Shown here: piece by piece, positions 1 through 11,817 of the stretch
Layout: every line of letters starts with the position of its first letter
How positions within the stretch are numbered: the stretch's first letter is position 1
DNA from: Geosiphon pyriformis uo1
Taxonomy: Eukaryota; Fungi; Glomeromycota
Assembly (NCBI GenBank): GCA_016748015.1
Contig: JAAOMT010000174.1
Span: 2,864-50,921, forward strand
Length of the DNA: 48,058 bases
Direction of reading: 5' to 3'
Made by a program: the position numbers and the translations under genes
Notes under the pieces: generated by a model
Told to the model about the DNA's origin: nothing
Seen by the model: the letters and a program-made list of their open reading frames with translations, nothing else
Databases searched by the model: none

Positions 1-1444
1 ATTAAAAATTGTAAATTATTCAATAAAAGAAATAAATAGAATTTAGAATAATAAGAAAGACATTTGGAAATTTTAAACTATTTTAATTATATTTTTTTAA
101 AAAAGTTTAAACAACTCAGTCAATAATCAAGTCAACAATTTGTTTTTAAAATAAAATATTATTCTGTATAACTAATATATAGTAACTGAATAAAAAATTA
201 ACTATAATATTAATATTGGCCAATTATTGTTAACAAATCTAAGAAGTTTGGTAAAAAAATTGATTTTTCAATAAAACTTAAAGTGCAAATTATTCTAAAA
301 TATTTTATGCTACAAGATCATTTTTAATAAGAAATAATTGGCAATTTTTACATTCAAATAATAATTATTATTTTATATAAATTTCCAGTAATAACATATT
401 CTTAATTGAAAGTAAAGTATTAAATTGTTTATTTTAAAAGAATTATAAACAAAATCTTAAAATCAAAAAACTTTATTAATTTTAGCAAAAAGATTTTTTT
501 ATAAAACAATATCTTTAAACAAATAAATATTTTATAAGAATCTTGCTAAGATTTTTTTGTTTTTTAAATGTTTTTTGTATTTTAACAAAAACTTCAATTA
601 AATTTTTTCAAAAAAATTTTTTTTTTATATCTAATCTAAAACTTAAAATCTTAGATTTCTTATACAATCTCTTTTTAAAACAATAAATATCAAGTTTCTG
701 TAATTTCAAAAAAATCAAAGTAATACTTGTATATGTTATAAGTTGAAACAGAATTTAATTTGGTTTAGAATCAATTTAAGTTGATTTGAAATTCTAATTC
801 AACTTGAATTAATTCTGAATTATTAATTTAATACTATGTTAATTCTGAATTAACTTAATAAATTATATTATTTAGTCAATTGACCAATAAAAAGTTTTTT
901 TTTTATTAATAAATTATAAATAACTTACTTAAAAAATATTTTCTGACCTTTTTAAAAGCTATTTATTAACTAGAAATAAAAAAACAAGCCAAAACTTTGC
1001 TTTTTTAAAATTACATAAATTAATATATTAAGATATTAAAAATTATTTCTAAAAAAGAAAATTTTAATTTTAAATTAAAGTATTAAATACATACTATTTT
1101 TTATATTACACAAGTTGGAAAACAAAATATATTTTATCTTAAAAAAACAAAAAAACCAATCTGTTTAAAAAAAAATTATATAAAAAATCATGTAAATTTT
1201 ATTTAGAAATAAAACATAAAAAAATGAACAAAACTTATAATATAATATATAATATTAATTTAATTTTTTATATAAATAGATACTAATAATTTTTTATTTA
1301 TAAATTAAAAATAAATATATTTAAGTACTTAAAAATTTAGTAAAACAGTTTTGTTTTTATTATATTAAATATATTAAATAATAATTTTTAATTTAATCAA
1401 TAGCTATAAATCTGATTTTAATAAAGATTTTTTTTTATTAATGT

Positions 1445-2484
1445 TGTTATCTGAGTAAAAAAACCAATCTGAAGTTATAAAAAAATGTGATTAGAACATA
1501 ACATAATACAGAATAGTGTGCAATAATATTGGATAATATATTATAACTTAGAATAGTACAAGATAATATATTATAACATAGGATAACACAGAATAACATG
1601 TAATAACACCAGATAATGTGTTATAATATAGGATAACTAGTAATAATGCCGAAAAACAAAGCAATAACAGAAATAACAAAGCAATAGTTAGCAATAATAA
1701 AACAATCAAAAGCAATTCTATAAAACCAAAAGAATGTATAAAAGTGAGTAGTTATAGAAAATAGAGACAAATAGACAGATAAATACAAATTACTAGACAA
1801 GAATCAAATATTCATATTCCTTTATTATTTATATTCTATATTTTTTTTCTGAAATAAATCAATTATTAAGAAATCAGAATCATGAATTCATGTTCTCAAA
1901 CTTTGTAAAATTTACATAAATTAACCATTGTTTTGTACTTTTGTTCCAGGACAGATGCTCTTAGCATAATCACTTCGAACTATTAACAATTTGGACCAAT
2001 CCCTCTTGATTATGGTAATTGATGATACTAATTCTTTTCTTTCTTTCTTTCTTTTTTTTTTCTTTTTTTTTATTTTTTTATTTTTTTTATTTTTTTGTGG
2101 AGTGACAACATAATAAAATTAACTGTCTGGGAATAGACTTTGTAATAGTCTGGTAAAAGAGGAAAGCTCTTCTTAGGTTTTTGGATATTATCATTATCTT
2201 GATAGCTTACCAGAAGGGTAAAAAGACAACACCAGACCCTAATGACTGTGCTCATTAGCTCAGAGAAGAAAGCTCATCTTTATAAGAAGTTGCAATTAAT
2301 AAGAACCAAAACTCTGTGCCTTATAACCAAAGAACTCAACAAGTAAATTCACAACCAGTAAAATAAGACCTTTAGAGATTGATAATCAAGACTAAGCCAG
2401 CAAAATTATACAAAACACATCTTACCAATAATTGAGAGTACCAAACATTACTATTTTTCTATCCTACCAAATTTACCTATAACA
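1445..2484 (+). repeat. 5' LTR of element A (TGTTA...TAACA)
   Basis: Terminal TGTTAT/ATAACA, followed by TT and a TGGTGCTC PBS. Contains ~10 bp ATAACA-type repeats (~1490-1710) and a T-rich tract (~2030-2098). Confidence 0.85.
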
Positions 2485-2486
2485 TT

Positions 2487-2504
2487 TGGTGCTCTCTATG
2501 AGGT
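2487..2504 (+). promoter_or_regulatory. Primer binding site of element A
   Basis: TGGTGCTCTCTATGAGGT, 2 nt after the LTR end, closely resembling the PBS of element C. The primer tRNA is uncertain (elongator Met or Ile-like). Confidence 0.75.
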
Positions 2505-4761
2505 TATAAATCTATAGAAACAGAACATTCCAGAAATTTACAAAAGTAGCAACTATTGGAACAGTAAGAAAGAACCACTCTCCATACAGAAGAGCATTAT
2601 TTCAATACTTTTAAAAAGACTTAGGAATACCAATAGAAACCACTTATGTAGAAAGTGATTTTTGTAACTATATCAATGCAAAAATTGACTGCTTATTAGG
2701 CTGTGCAACTGACACAGGAAGACTTGGAAAACAAATCCATCAAAGGTTATTAGAGTACTCAACAGCCACGACTACTTAAGCAATTGCTGAAACTTTGCGC
2801 ATAATTGATATAGATATTAAATATTACGTGGTAAAACAATTCCCTTAAATACAACAACTAGTGAAATCTGATCCTAAAAAATATGAAGATGAATCCAACA
2901 ATCCCGCAACTGCCCAAGCCAAGTCCATGGTTAACAAAAAACCAAGATTTTTCTTTTCAACAACTTTATCATACTATCAAACACCCCAAAGTAGAATTGT
3001 ATTCAATTCACCTCTGGAAATTCAGTTAGAAACACCACAAACTTCTGAAAATTTACACCTCTGAGGTCAACACAGTTGGACCAAATCATTAGGAAAATAT
3101 GGATTGTTGTTTGGAAATCTCACTCCAACAATTAATAAAACAGATGGAAATATATTGACATAGAAAACACCACCAATCCAACCCTTAACTGAATTATCAA
3201 CTATCTCTTCTGAAAAAACAGCTATCCTCCAGCCTATTGAAAAAATTAACAAAGGGAAACAACCAAAATTAGCACTAGAAAAACACCCTAGCATGCAAAC
3301 ATTAAACTCCTCAGCATCAACCAGTAAGACTTTATCTATTCACCAGATCATGGCTTACTGAAATATTGCCAAATTAGAGAAATTTTTTGGTGAAGAAGAC
3401 AACACATATACATAAATTGCAGAAGCCAAAAAAGCTATTACTGCCAATAATTGAAATGATAATAGAGCCATTCAAGTGTTGCCATTCTTTCTGACTGGAA
3501 TCACAGACTCATGATATCAAAACTTTGCAGAAAAACCAACTAATTTCACTGCCTTTAAACTTGCCTTTTTTGTAATACTTTTATGATCCCAACACTTTTA
3601 TCAGATTACAAAATCAGTTCAGTATCATAAAACAAAAAGATCACAAAGCAGTAACCACTTATTTTGAATAATTCAACTAAATTCTATATCAAATTCAGGT
3701 CATTGAAAAGGACTACTATATTGTGGTGCAAATTTTTAATCAATTTATCAAAGGATTAAAGAGCAGTCTTCTTTGATCTATAAAACTCTGTCATCCAATA
3801 AATCTACAAAAGACAGTTACTTTTGCTTGTAATTTTGAGTCAGCAGAACAAAAGATTAACCATACTTAAGCCATTAATCTGGCTATCAATGGAACATCCA
3901 ATATCAACACAAAAATAACTCAATTAAGTAAGAAATTAACTCAGAAAATTGAGGAATTTTTAGCCAGTACCATAGAACTCTACCAGTTATCACAACAAAG
4001 AAATAGTAATAACAACAGAATTGTCAGCAACAACAACAATCTTGAAAATCCGATCCCCACAATTATTACTATTGCCAGAAACCTGGACATATTGTCCAGG
4101 ACTGCTGTAAAAAAGTAATGGACCAAAATCAAGAAAATCAATATCAGCAATCAAAACATAGTATTCCAATACTCTATGCCTTAATATCAACCATCTTAAT
4201 ACTTATAACAAATTCAGTATACCCAGCAACCATCTCAAAACTATTATCAGTCATTACAGCCAATGGCTTAAGCAGTACTCTAGTACCAAAATCCCATTAA
4301 TAACCAATCTAGACATTATACAATTGATTACAACCAAAGATGAAAGAACTTCAACAACAATCAGATGCCAACTAACAGTGTACTATTGTGATCTTTAAAT
4401 TGTAGTAATGCCTTATCTTGACTAGCACCAACCAGATATTCTAACCAAGTCTCATATCTTGGTCTCACTAAAAACCAGAATTTTTATAGCTTTACATCTT
4501 TAAAAGGGAAAGACTCTCAACTCTTTGAGATGAAATCCAACCAACCATACTATTCCACTCACCACTATCACTGAAGATACTATTCTTGCTGCTATCTTTC
4601 CCTTCAATATTGATGGTCTGAACACAAATAGCCTTTTCAGTGGAGCTGCTATAAATTAAAACAAACTAATTACGACTCTGTACACTAATACTAGAGTTAA
4701 AAACATAGACATTAAATTAATTCTTAATAGTAGATCAGCAGGCAGTATAATAATGAAACAA
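2505..4761 (+). pseudogene. gag: Decayed gag plus the start of the aspartic protease of element A
   Basis: Stop-riddled frame homologous to element C gag (IAKLEKFFGEED; AITANN*ND; knuckle YYCQKPGHIVQDC ~4070-4108). Then IKLILNSRSAGSII, the decayed DSG protease motif, truncated at ~4761. Confidence 0.85.
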
Positions 4762-4909
4762 TGGTTAATTCACATAAATTCTACAAAGTTTGAGAATATG
4801 AATTTGTGATTCTGATTTCTTAATAATTGATTTATTTTAGAAGAGAAATATAGAATATAAATGATAAAGATGTATAAATATTTGATTCTTGTTTAGTAGT
4901 TTGTATTTA
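4756..4909 (-). repeat. Inverted partial LTR-A, segment 1
   Basis: Reverse complement matches ~1780-1933. Confidence 0.9.
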
Positions 4910-6264
4910 CAGAGGGGTATAAAAAGTATTGGACACTTAATATAATATATAAAAAAGACTATATATAGTAATACCATTATCAATTTAAGCCATAATTTTT
5001 TTTATAATTACTTATAGTTATAATCTACAAATCAACATAAATCACATTCTTGTAAAACACAACAGTGGATCATACACATATATATAAAATATCAAACATT
5101 TTTGTTGTGAAAAAATTTACCGCATCAAATGTGTCTTGGAAAAGAACTTTCTGAATACCAAAAAAGAGGGATTATTTCAGCAATAAAGTTAGGACATACA
5201 AACAGTGAGATTTCTATGACTATTGGATGTTCACGTTCTTCTGTAATACGTGTATAGAAGTCATATGAACTAAAAAAACTTCCTAAAAAACAAACGGGCC
5301 AACCACAAATTTTTGACAAACACATACATGAACAACTCAAATATTTAATAATAGAGAATAAAAAAACCTGCTGCCAAACTCTTTCTCAAATACAATTGAA
5401 TTTTATTAAAGATACCAACAAATCTATTTCTATACAAACTATTTGAATTGGTTTAGCTTAAGAAAGACTTCGCTCGTGCATTCCTTGTTTCAAGCCATTA
5501 ATTTCCAAATCAAATAAAGAAAAACATTTACAATGGGCTTGTACTTATGAAAATTGGACAGTAGAAGATTTTAAACAAGTTGTTTGGTCAGATAAATCTA
5601 CATATACACAATTTAGAACTACAGGATTTGGACGTGTATAGCATAAATCTTCCAAAGAGTTTCATAAGAATTGTATTGCAGCCACAGTTAGAAAAAGCTT
5701 TGGTCGCATGTTTTGGGGATGTTTTTCATGGGTTAGTTTGGGTTCTTTAGTTTTTTTGGTTGGTCATATTACTGGAGTTATACACCGTGAAACCTTGGCT
5801 AATTATGCAATTTTTACGGTAAAACTTTATGCAAAAAAAACTAAAAAAAAGTTTTTTTTTCAGAAAGACAATGCACCAATTCACACATCAAAATTCACGC
5901 ATTCTTTTCTTACCTCTTCAAATGTTGAATTACTTCCTTGGCCAGCACAAAGTCCTGATATTACTCCAATAGAAAATCTTTGATCATATATTGAAGTTAA
6001 AATTTGTCAATGTAATTCACAACCCTCAAATATTGTACAATTGGAATGGTGGATTAAGGAAGAATGGGATGCGATATCTGTAAATTACTATTGTAATTTG
6101 ATCAAGTCTATGCCATGTCGAGTTCAAGCTATTCTTGAAGCAAATGGGGGTCAAATAAAATACTAACATGTATTTTAATATAATAATAAAAAATTAACGA
6201 ATTATAAGTTAGTTCTTTTATATAACATATTATAAAAGTGTCCAATACTTTTTATACCCTCCTG
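4910..6264 (+). mobile_element. Tc1-family DNA transposon
   Basis: 29-bp TIRs (CAGAGGGGTATAAAAAGTATTGGACACTT / AAGTGTCCAATACTTTTTATACCCTCCTG), flanked by TA at 4908-4909 and 6265-6266. Confidence 0.95.
5129..6166 (+). pseudogene. Tc1 DD34E transposase with in-frame stops
   Basis: One frame containing an N-terminal HTH-like region, VVWSDKS, MFWGCF and QKDNAPIH-...-WPAQSPDITPIENL. I count 34 residues between the second D and E. Confidence 0.93.
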
Positions 6265-6510
6265 TATTTATCTGTCTGTTTTTATCTTTTACAACTACTT
6301 GCTTTTATACATTCTTTTGGTTTTATATAATTGCTTCTAATTGTTTTGTTATTGTTAACTATTGTTTTATTATTTCTGTTATTGCTTTATTTTTCTATGT
6401 TATTACTAGTTATCCTATATTATAACACATTATCTGGTGTTATTACATATTATTTTGTGTTATTTTACATTATAACATATTATTTTGCACTATCCTAAGT
6501 TATAACATGT
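6265..6510 (-). repeat. Inverted partial LTR-A, segment 2
   Basis: Reverse complement matches ~1537-1785. Confidence 0.9.
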
Positions 6511-6756
6511 TGTTACAAGTGATTATTTGGGATCTCAAATCAAATAACAAACTTATAACTTGGTGCTCAATTGATATGGTGATGTTTGTTTCTAAAGATT
6601 TTGTTGATCTGAAAGTTTTGTTGTGGAGTTTTTTGTATAATAAACAGATATTCAATTGTTATTTATCCAGTAATCTCCCAGAATTGCAATTCCATCAAAT
6701 TTCTTTCTTAGTGTGGTGGCCAGTAATTTGGCAGGGATGCCTTTTTAGTAAGCTAT

Positions 6757-7738
6757 TGTTACTGGAGGTTTTTGGTCTCTTTTCTTAAATGTTGGTAATG
6801 TTGATTTGCTGTGAATTCACGTTTTTAGGAAGTAGTTGAATCTCCAATAACTGAATTTATCTTCAAATTATCTCTTATAATTTGAACTGCTGGACTTATA
6901 AGTGGAATGGCCAATTCCTTGCCAGTTACTTTATGTAGTTACGTTGTAGTAAATGTCAACTTTTTCCCAGAAATTGCTTGTTTGGAAGCTCATTAAAATG
7001 TATAGTTACTTTGCTGTGAAAGTCAACTCTTCTACAAGAATTTTGTCTGTAGGCTACCCTAATGATTGTAATAAGAAAAAAAAAGGAAAATAAAAGAAAT
7101 GTAAAAGAAATAGAATTTTGTCAAGAGAAACGTTTTCTATCCAGGCCTGAAGTCACTAACAGTTTACTGAAATTGGTAGCTAATCAATTTCGAAATATTA
7201 GTTGGGTTTTTGGGAGTTTTTTCAAGTATAATAATTAAAGAATTTGGTTTTTCGAATTTATTTGATATTTATTTCTTTTTGTGTATATAAAAACAGTTTT
7301 TAAGAGATAAATCTAAAGTAAGATACATTTTTTCAAAGAAAGAAGCTCTTCTTTTATACAACTTGTCATAACACTATTCTATGAACTTGAACTTTGCTAT
7401 TTTCTACAATTTCGCTGAACTAAAGATATATTTCAGCAAACTACAAATTATTTTGGCAAACTATTAGATATTTTGGTGAACTATCAATTATTTTGGCAAA
7501 TTTCTACAAATTTCGGCAAACTTCTGAATGTTACATAGTTTGGGGTATTGCATGATTGATCATCACAATTAGGTTACATTTGTGTTGTGTACAATTTGGG
7601 TTATTAATTAAATGATAATTTTGGACATTTTTGCTAATGTAATAAGTGATTATTTGAAATGATAATATATGCTAATTAATGATAGGAATTATAAGATAAT
7701 TTCATGCTAAATAATATCTCTAATTTTGTCTGGTAACA
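6757..7738 (-). repeat. 3' LTR of element D
   Basis: Direct repeat of 15633-16611 with TGTTAC...GTAACA termini. Contains ~20 bp TTTCGGCAAACT repeats (~7410-7530). Confidence 0.96.
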
Positions 7739-8435
7739 TAACCTCCTCCTTAAGACTGAGCTCTGTCAAAGTCCAAGTACTATCTGTTATTTCCAGATAA
7801 TAATCCAAAATTATTGAAGAAATTTGGTCTGAAAATTGTTGAAATTTCAGTTCTGTGAGCTTTCCAATGTATTGAATCTTCAAAAGTTGAAAAATTGGGT
7901 TTTGTAGTATGTTTTCACAGGTGTGGAATAGGTCATAAAGTCTAAGAGCAGCTCTAAGCCTGTAGCAACTGTTTGTTGATCCAGCTGTTGTCTTGAATTT
8001 GTTGTGGAATTGTTTCTGAATAGCTTCTTTTGTGAGGTTTGCTGTTGTAAGTTCCAGTTTCCGTTTATAGAGTGTTTTTTCAATGTGAAAATATCTATAG
8101 ATTGGAGAATATTCAGTGTTTTCCTCATTGAGACACAGTTGAAGTTTTTGTTGAATTGTAGCATTTGGTGGAATACTAATCGGAGTGAGCATTAGGTTTT
8201 CTCTTAAAGCAAGCTTTAAAAGTTCTGGCAGGTGAATTCCAGTATAACTTCTTGTGTTCTTTTTATACGGGTGATATTTTCGTAAATTTGAGGCTAAATT
8301 TGTAACTACTTCTGTTTGGGTATAATTTATGTGGTTTCTAGTAACAATAATAGATAATTCGGGTATTGTTTTTAAAGCTAACATTAGTTTTTGGGATAAT
8401 TGTTGAATGTTTTGAAGAATAGTCATTATAAGCAA
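7707..8435 (-). CDS. ORF3 of element D: conserved accessory protein of unknown function
   Basis: Uninterrupted 242 codons (likely ATG at 8426) between IN and the 3' LTR, collinear with ORF3 of element C. Confidence 0.8.
   Translation of the reverse strand: MLIMTILQNIQQLSQKLMLALKTIPELSIIVTRNHINYTQTEVVTNLASNLRKYHPYKKNTRSYTGIHLPELLKLALRENLMLTPISIPPNATIQQKLQLCLNEENTEYSPIYRYFHIEKTLYKRKLELTTANLTKEAIQKQFHNKFKTTAGSTNSCYRLRAALRLYDLFHTCENILQNPIFQLLKIQYIGKLTELKFQQFSDQISSIILDYYLEITDSTWTLTELSLKEEVMLPDKIRDII
7739..7753 (-). promoter_or_regulatory. Polypurine tract of element D
   Basis: The minus strand reads AAGGAGGAGG-TTA immediately before the 3' LTR. Confidence 0.85.
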
Positions 8436-8595
8436 TTGAAAAAACTAAAAAAATTATTTTTGGTGTATGGATTTTTATGTTATTTTTGTTTTGTTTTTGT
8501 AAGATTGTTTTCTAAATTATAAGAGAATAACTAATAAAATTAAATTAAGTGTTCAGGTTGGAAGGTTGTTCAATGACAACTATTGGTTCTAAGTT

Positions 8596-9900
8596 TTAGG
8601 GAATATCTTCGGAACTGACCAAAGGGGAATGTGTACCAATTTGTGAAATTAATAGTTCAGGATTGTTTCTGGAATAATAGTGTTTCAAACAATCTCCATA
8701 TGCAACTTTTGCTAGGATTTTGTTATCAAGTCTTAACTTGTATGATCCATTGCTTAGGACTTCATGGATAAAGAATGGTCCATCCCATTTATTTTCAAAT
8801 TTTCTACTCCATTGTTTTTCAGCTTTAGTTCTGTGTAAGAGAACTTTGTTTCCAATTTTGAATTTATTGGTGACTGAAGGCAATTTGTCATCATGCTGTT
8901 CTTTTTGTTGAGCTTAGGAGTGTTCAATATGGGTGGCTACTATTCGTCATTTTCCTTCCAATGTGCTATGCAGAGTGTAAGCTCTTCGCTGAAGCATTTC
9001 TTGGAAATTGTTTTCATCGATTGGTTGTGCTGGATATGTTTCCACTGTAAAACTAATTGGTAAAATTGCCATCCTTCCATAAGTTAAATCAAATGGTGTG
9101 TGTTTCATGATATCTTGTTTTAATGTCTTATATGCTAGTAATACTGATGGAATAAAAAGATCCCATTCTTGCTTAAAATTGGTTGAGACTTTGGCTAATG
9201 ACTTACACAATATTCTGTTAAAATGTTCCACAAATCTGTTTGTTTGTGGATCATAGGGCGAAGACAGAGGTCTTTTGACATTGAATTGTTCACAAATTTC
9301 TTGTATCAGGTTGTTCACAAAGTGTGTTCTCTGATCGGATAAAAGTTCAATTGGACATCCATGTCTACAAATGATGTCTTCGTAGATGAAATTTGCTACT
9401 GATTTTGCATCTGTTCGTTGAATGGCTCTGGCTTCAGGCCATTTAGTAAGATAGTTTACAGTTACTGCAATATAATGGTTTTCTTGAGTGGTAATAGATA
9501 GTGGTCCGACTAAATCAATACCAACTCTGTCAAAAGGCTGTCCAACTTTGATTGGATTTAAAGATTCTGTAGAGCGAGTTTCTTCTCTTCTTTGACAACT
9601 ATCACAAGATTCGACATATTCGTGAATGTCTTTTCTTATTCGAGACCAAAAGTAGTATTCTAGTGTTCTTTGGGTGGTGCTATCTTTTCCGAAGTGTGCT
9701 GATAAAGGATCTGAGTGCATATTGTATAAAATGGTCTCTTTTTCCTGTTCTTGTATTAATCTGAGTGGTTTGGTTGGGTTTTTGAAATTTCAATGATAGA
9801 TAATGTTGTTGTGTAGAAAATATTGTTTGGCTTGTTGTTGTAACCAATGTTTTTTGTCTGGGGACCAATCTGTTGGGATTGTTAATGTCTCCAAATATTG
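8596..9900 (-). pseudogene. pol: Integrase of element D (HHCC, DDE core, GPF C-terminal module)
   Basis: H..AHFG..CDSCQ, RVGIDLVGP, ELLSDQ, NRFVEHFN, KWDGPF. Interrupted by stops. Confidence 0.95.
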
Positions 9901-9989
9901 TTTGAGATTGTTGTAGTTTTTGGAGTTCATTGTTTGTTGTTTTGATGCTGTTAATTCAAATGGGTGTTGGTTTTGTTTTCTAATCTTGC

Positions 9990-11310
9990 CTCATTCTTGA
10001 GAGACAATCAACGTTGGTGTGGAGTTTTCCTGGTTTGTGGTATACAATGTATTGGTAATTAGCTAAAAATCCTGTCCATCGGGTTTGTTTTGCGTTCAGC
10101 TGGGTATTTTTGTTTTGAAGCCATTTAAGTCCAATATTATCAGTAATAATATCAAATTCTTTGGGTCTGAGGTAAAGGTTGAAATGATGTAGGGCCCAAA
10201 TTACTGCTGCGGTTTCTAATTCTGTTGTAGAGTAGTTCTTTTCGGCTGGCTTTAATGTTCTACTAGCATAAGCAATTACTCACTTATTTCCATTGTTATC
10301 TAACTGTGATAAAATAGCACCAAAGGCAGTATAAGAGGCATCAGTTGCTAACCGGAATCAGTTGCTGAAGTCTGGGTAGGTGAGGATTGGAGCTGTTGTG
10401 AGTTTTTCTTTAAGTATCTGGAAGGCATTTTGGTGTTCTTCTGTCCATTTGTATTCGACATTTTTAGTAGTAAGCTGATTGAAGGGTTTTGCAATTTCTG
10501 AGAATCCTTTGATGAATTTTCGGTAATAGAATGCTAATCCAATAAATCCTCTTAATTTTGTGGTATTTCATGGAGTCTTGCAGTTTTTGACAGTACTGAT
10601 TTTTCCAGGGTCTGGTTTAATTTCATCTTTGCTAACAATGTGACCAAGAAAAGCTAAACTTGTTTTTCTGAAGTAGCATTTTTCAATGTTTAGTTTCAAT
10701 CCTGCTTTCTGTAATCATTGAAAAACTTCTCGCAGGTGAATTAAATGTAGCTCGAAAGATGGTGAATAAACATTAGTGTCATCAAGATAAACTACTACTG
10801 ATTTCCAAAGGAGGCCTTTGTAAACAACATCCATGAGTTTTTGGAATGTTGCTGGTGCATTGCATAATCCGAAAGGCATTACATTGAACTTGTAATTTCC
10901 TCTTTGAGTGGTAAATGCTGTTTTGGGATGGTCTTTGGGATCCATAGCAACTTGCCAGTATCCACTTTCTAAATCTAATGTTGAAAAGTATTTGGACTTT
11001 CCAAGAGCATCTAACATGTTATCAATTCGGGGAAGAGGGTAGGCATTCCCAATGGTGACACTGTTGAGTTGTCGGTAATCAACACAAAATTGTATCTTTC
11101 CATTTTTCTTTTTAACTAGGACCACAGGTGAGGCCCATGGGCTCATTGATGGTTGAATAAGCCCATTGTTAAGCATCCATTGTACTTCTTCTTGGATAAA
11201 TTGGTGACTTTCTGGGACAACTCAGTAGGCTTGTTGTCACCTTGGTTTGGCATCTCCTGTATAGATTTGGTGTTGAACCAAATCAGTTCTTCCTAAGTCA
11301 TTGTTGTTTC
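9990..11310 (-). pseudogene. pol: Reverse transcriptase and RNase H of element D
   Basis: SPWASPVVLV, FCVDYRQLN, TLDLESGYWQ, MPFGLCNAP and VYLDD. Downstream ATDAS and NYSTTELE RNase H motifs. Confidence 0.95.
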
Positions 11311-11817
11311 GGCAAAAATGTCAGCAAATTCTACAATTAGCTCTTTGAGCTGGGTCTGTTGTTGTGGTTCAAGTTGTCTCATGTTGATTCGAAATAGTTT
11401 TTCCATGACAACATAGTAGTTTTTAGAGCTAGAGTTTGGGTTGATTTTTGATAGTGAATGTCCAATAATTTCAGAGAAATCGGGGACTGTTTGAAGTAAT
11501 TCTTGTTGAAATATATTACTGTGAATAACTCCAATTTCTAAATTATTTAATAAAATTATGGGGTAATTATTGGGGTTGTAAAAAGTAACTCAGACTTTCT
11601 TTGTTTCTTCTGGAATATAAATGTTTGGAATCGAAATATTATGTTCCAAGCAGACTTGTTCATTGGACTCAAAAATTTGTTGTGTGGTTGTTGGCTTTGT
11701 GCAAGTGTAGATTTCCAGATGTTCTCCAAAGGATGAGATGGTAATTGGTTGTGGAAGTCTGAGAATTTGGTGGGATTTGTTCTGTGTATTAAGAGCTATA
11801 TTAACTGGAACTGTGAA

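Noticed and set aside
1-870. Possible transposase C-terminal relic and hAT-like subterminal repeats (~740-860)
   Set aside because: Too decayed to read a convincing motif or find a partner end.
2000-2040. Hammerhead ribozyme in the LTR (TTGATGA)
   Set aside because: No matching GAAA and stems, and the core is not conserved in LTRs B and C.
7410-7530. CRISPR-like array in LTRs
   Set aside because: Short degenerate units with no unique spacers and no cas genes, duplicated as part of LTRs.
7707-8435. ORF3 as an envelope glycoprotein
   Set aside because: No evident signal peptide, transmembrane segment or Cys-rich ectodomain, and it is short.
8596-8700. Chromodomain at the integrase C-terminus
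   Set aside because: The sequence ends shortly after the GPF module in both C and D, with no chromodomain motif.
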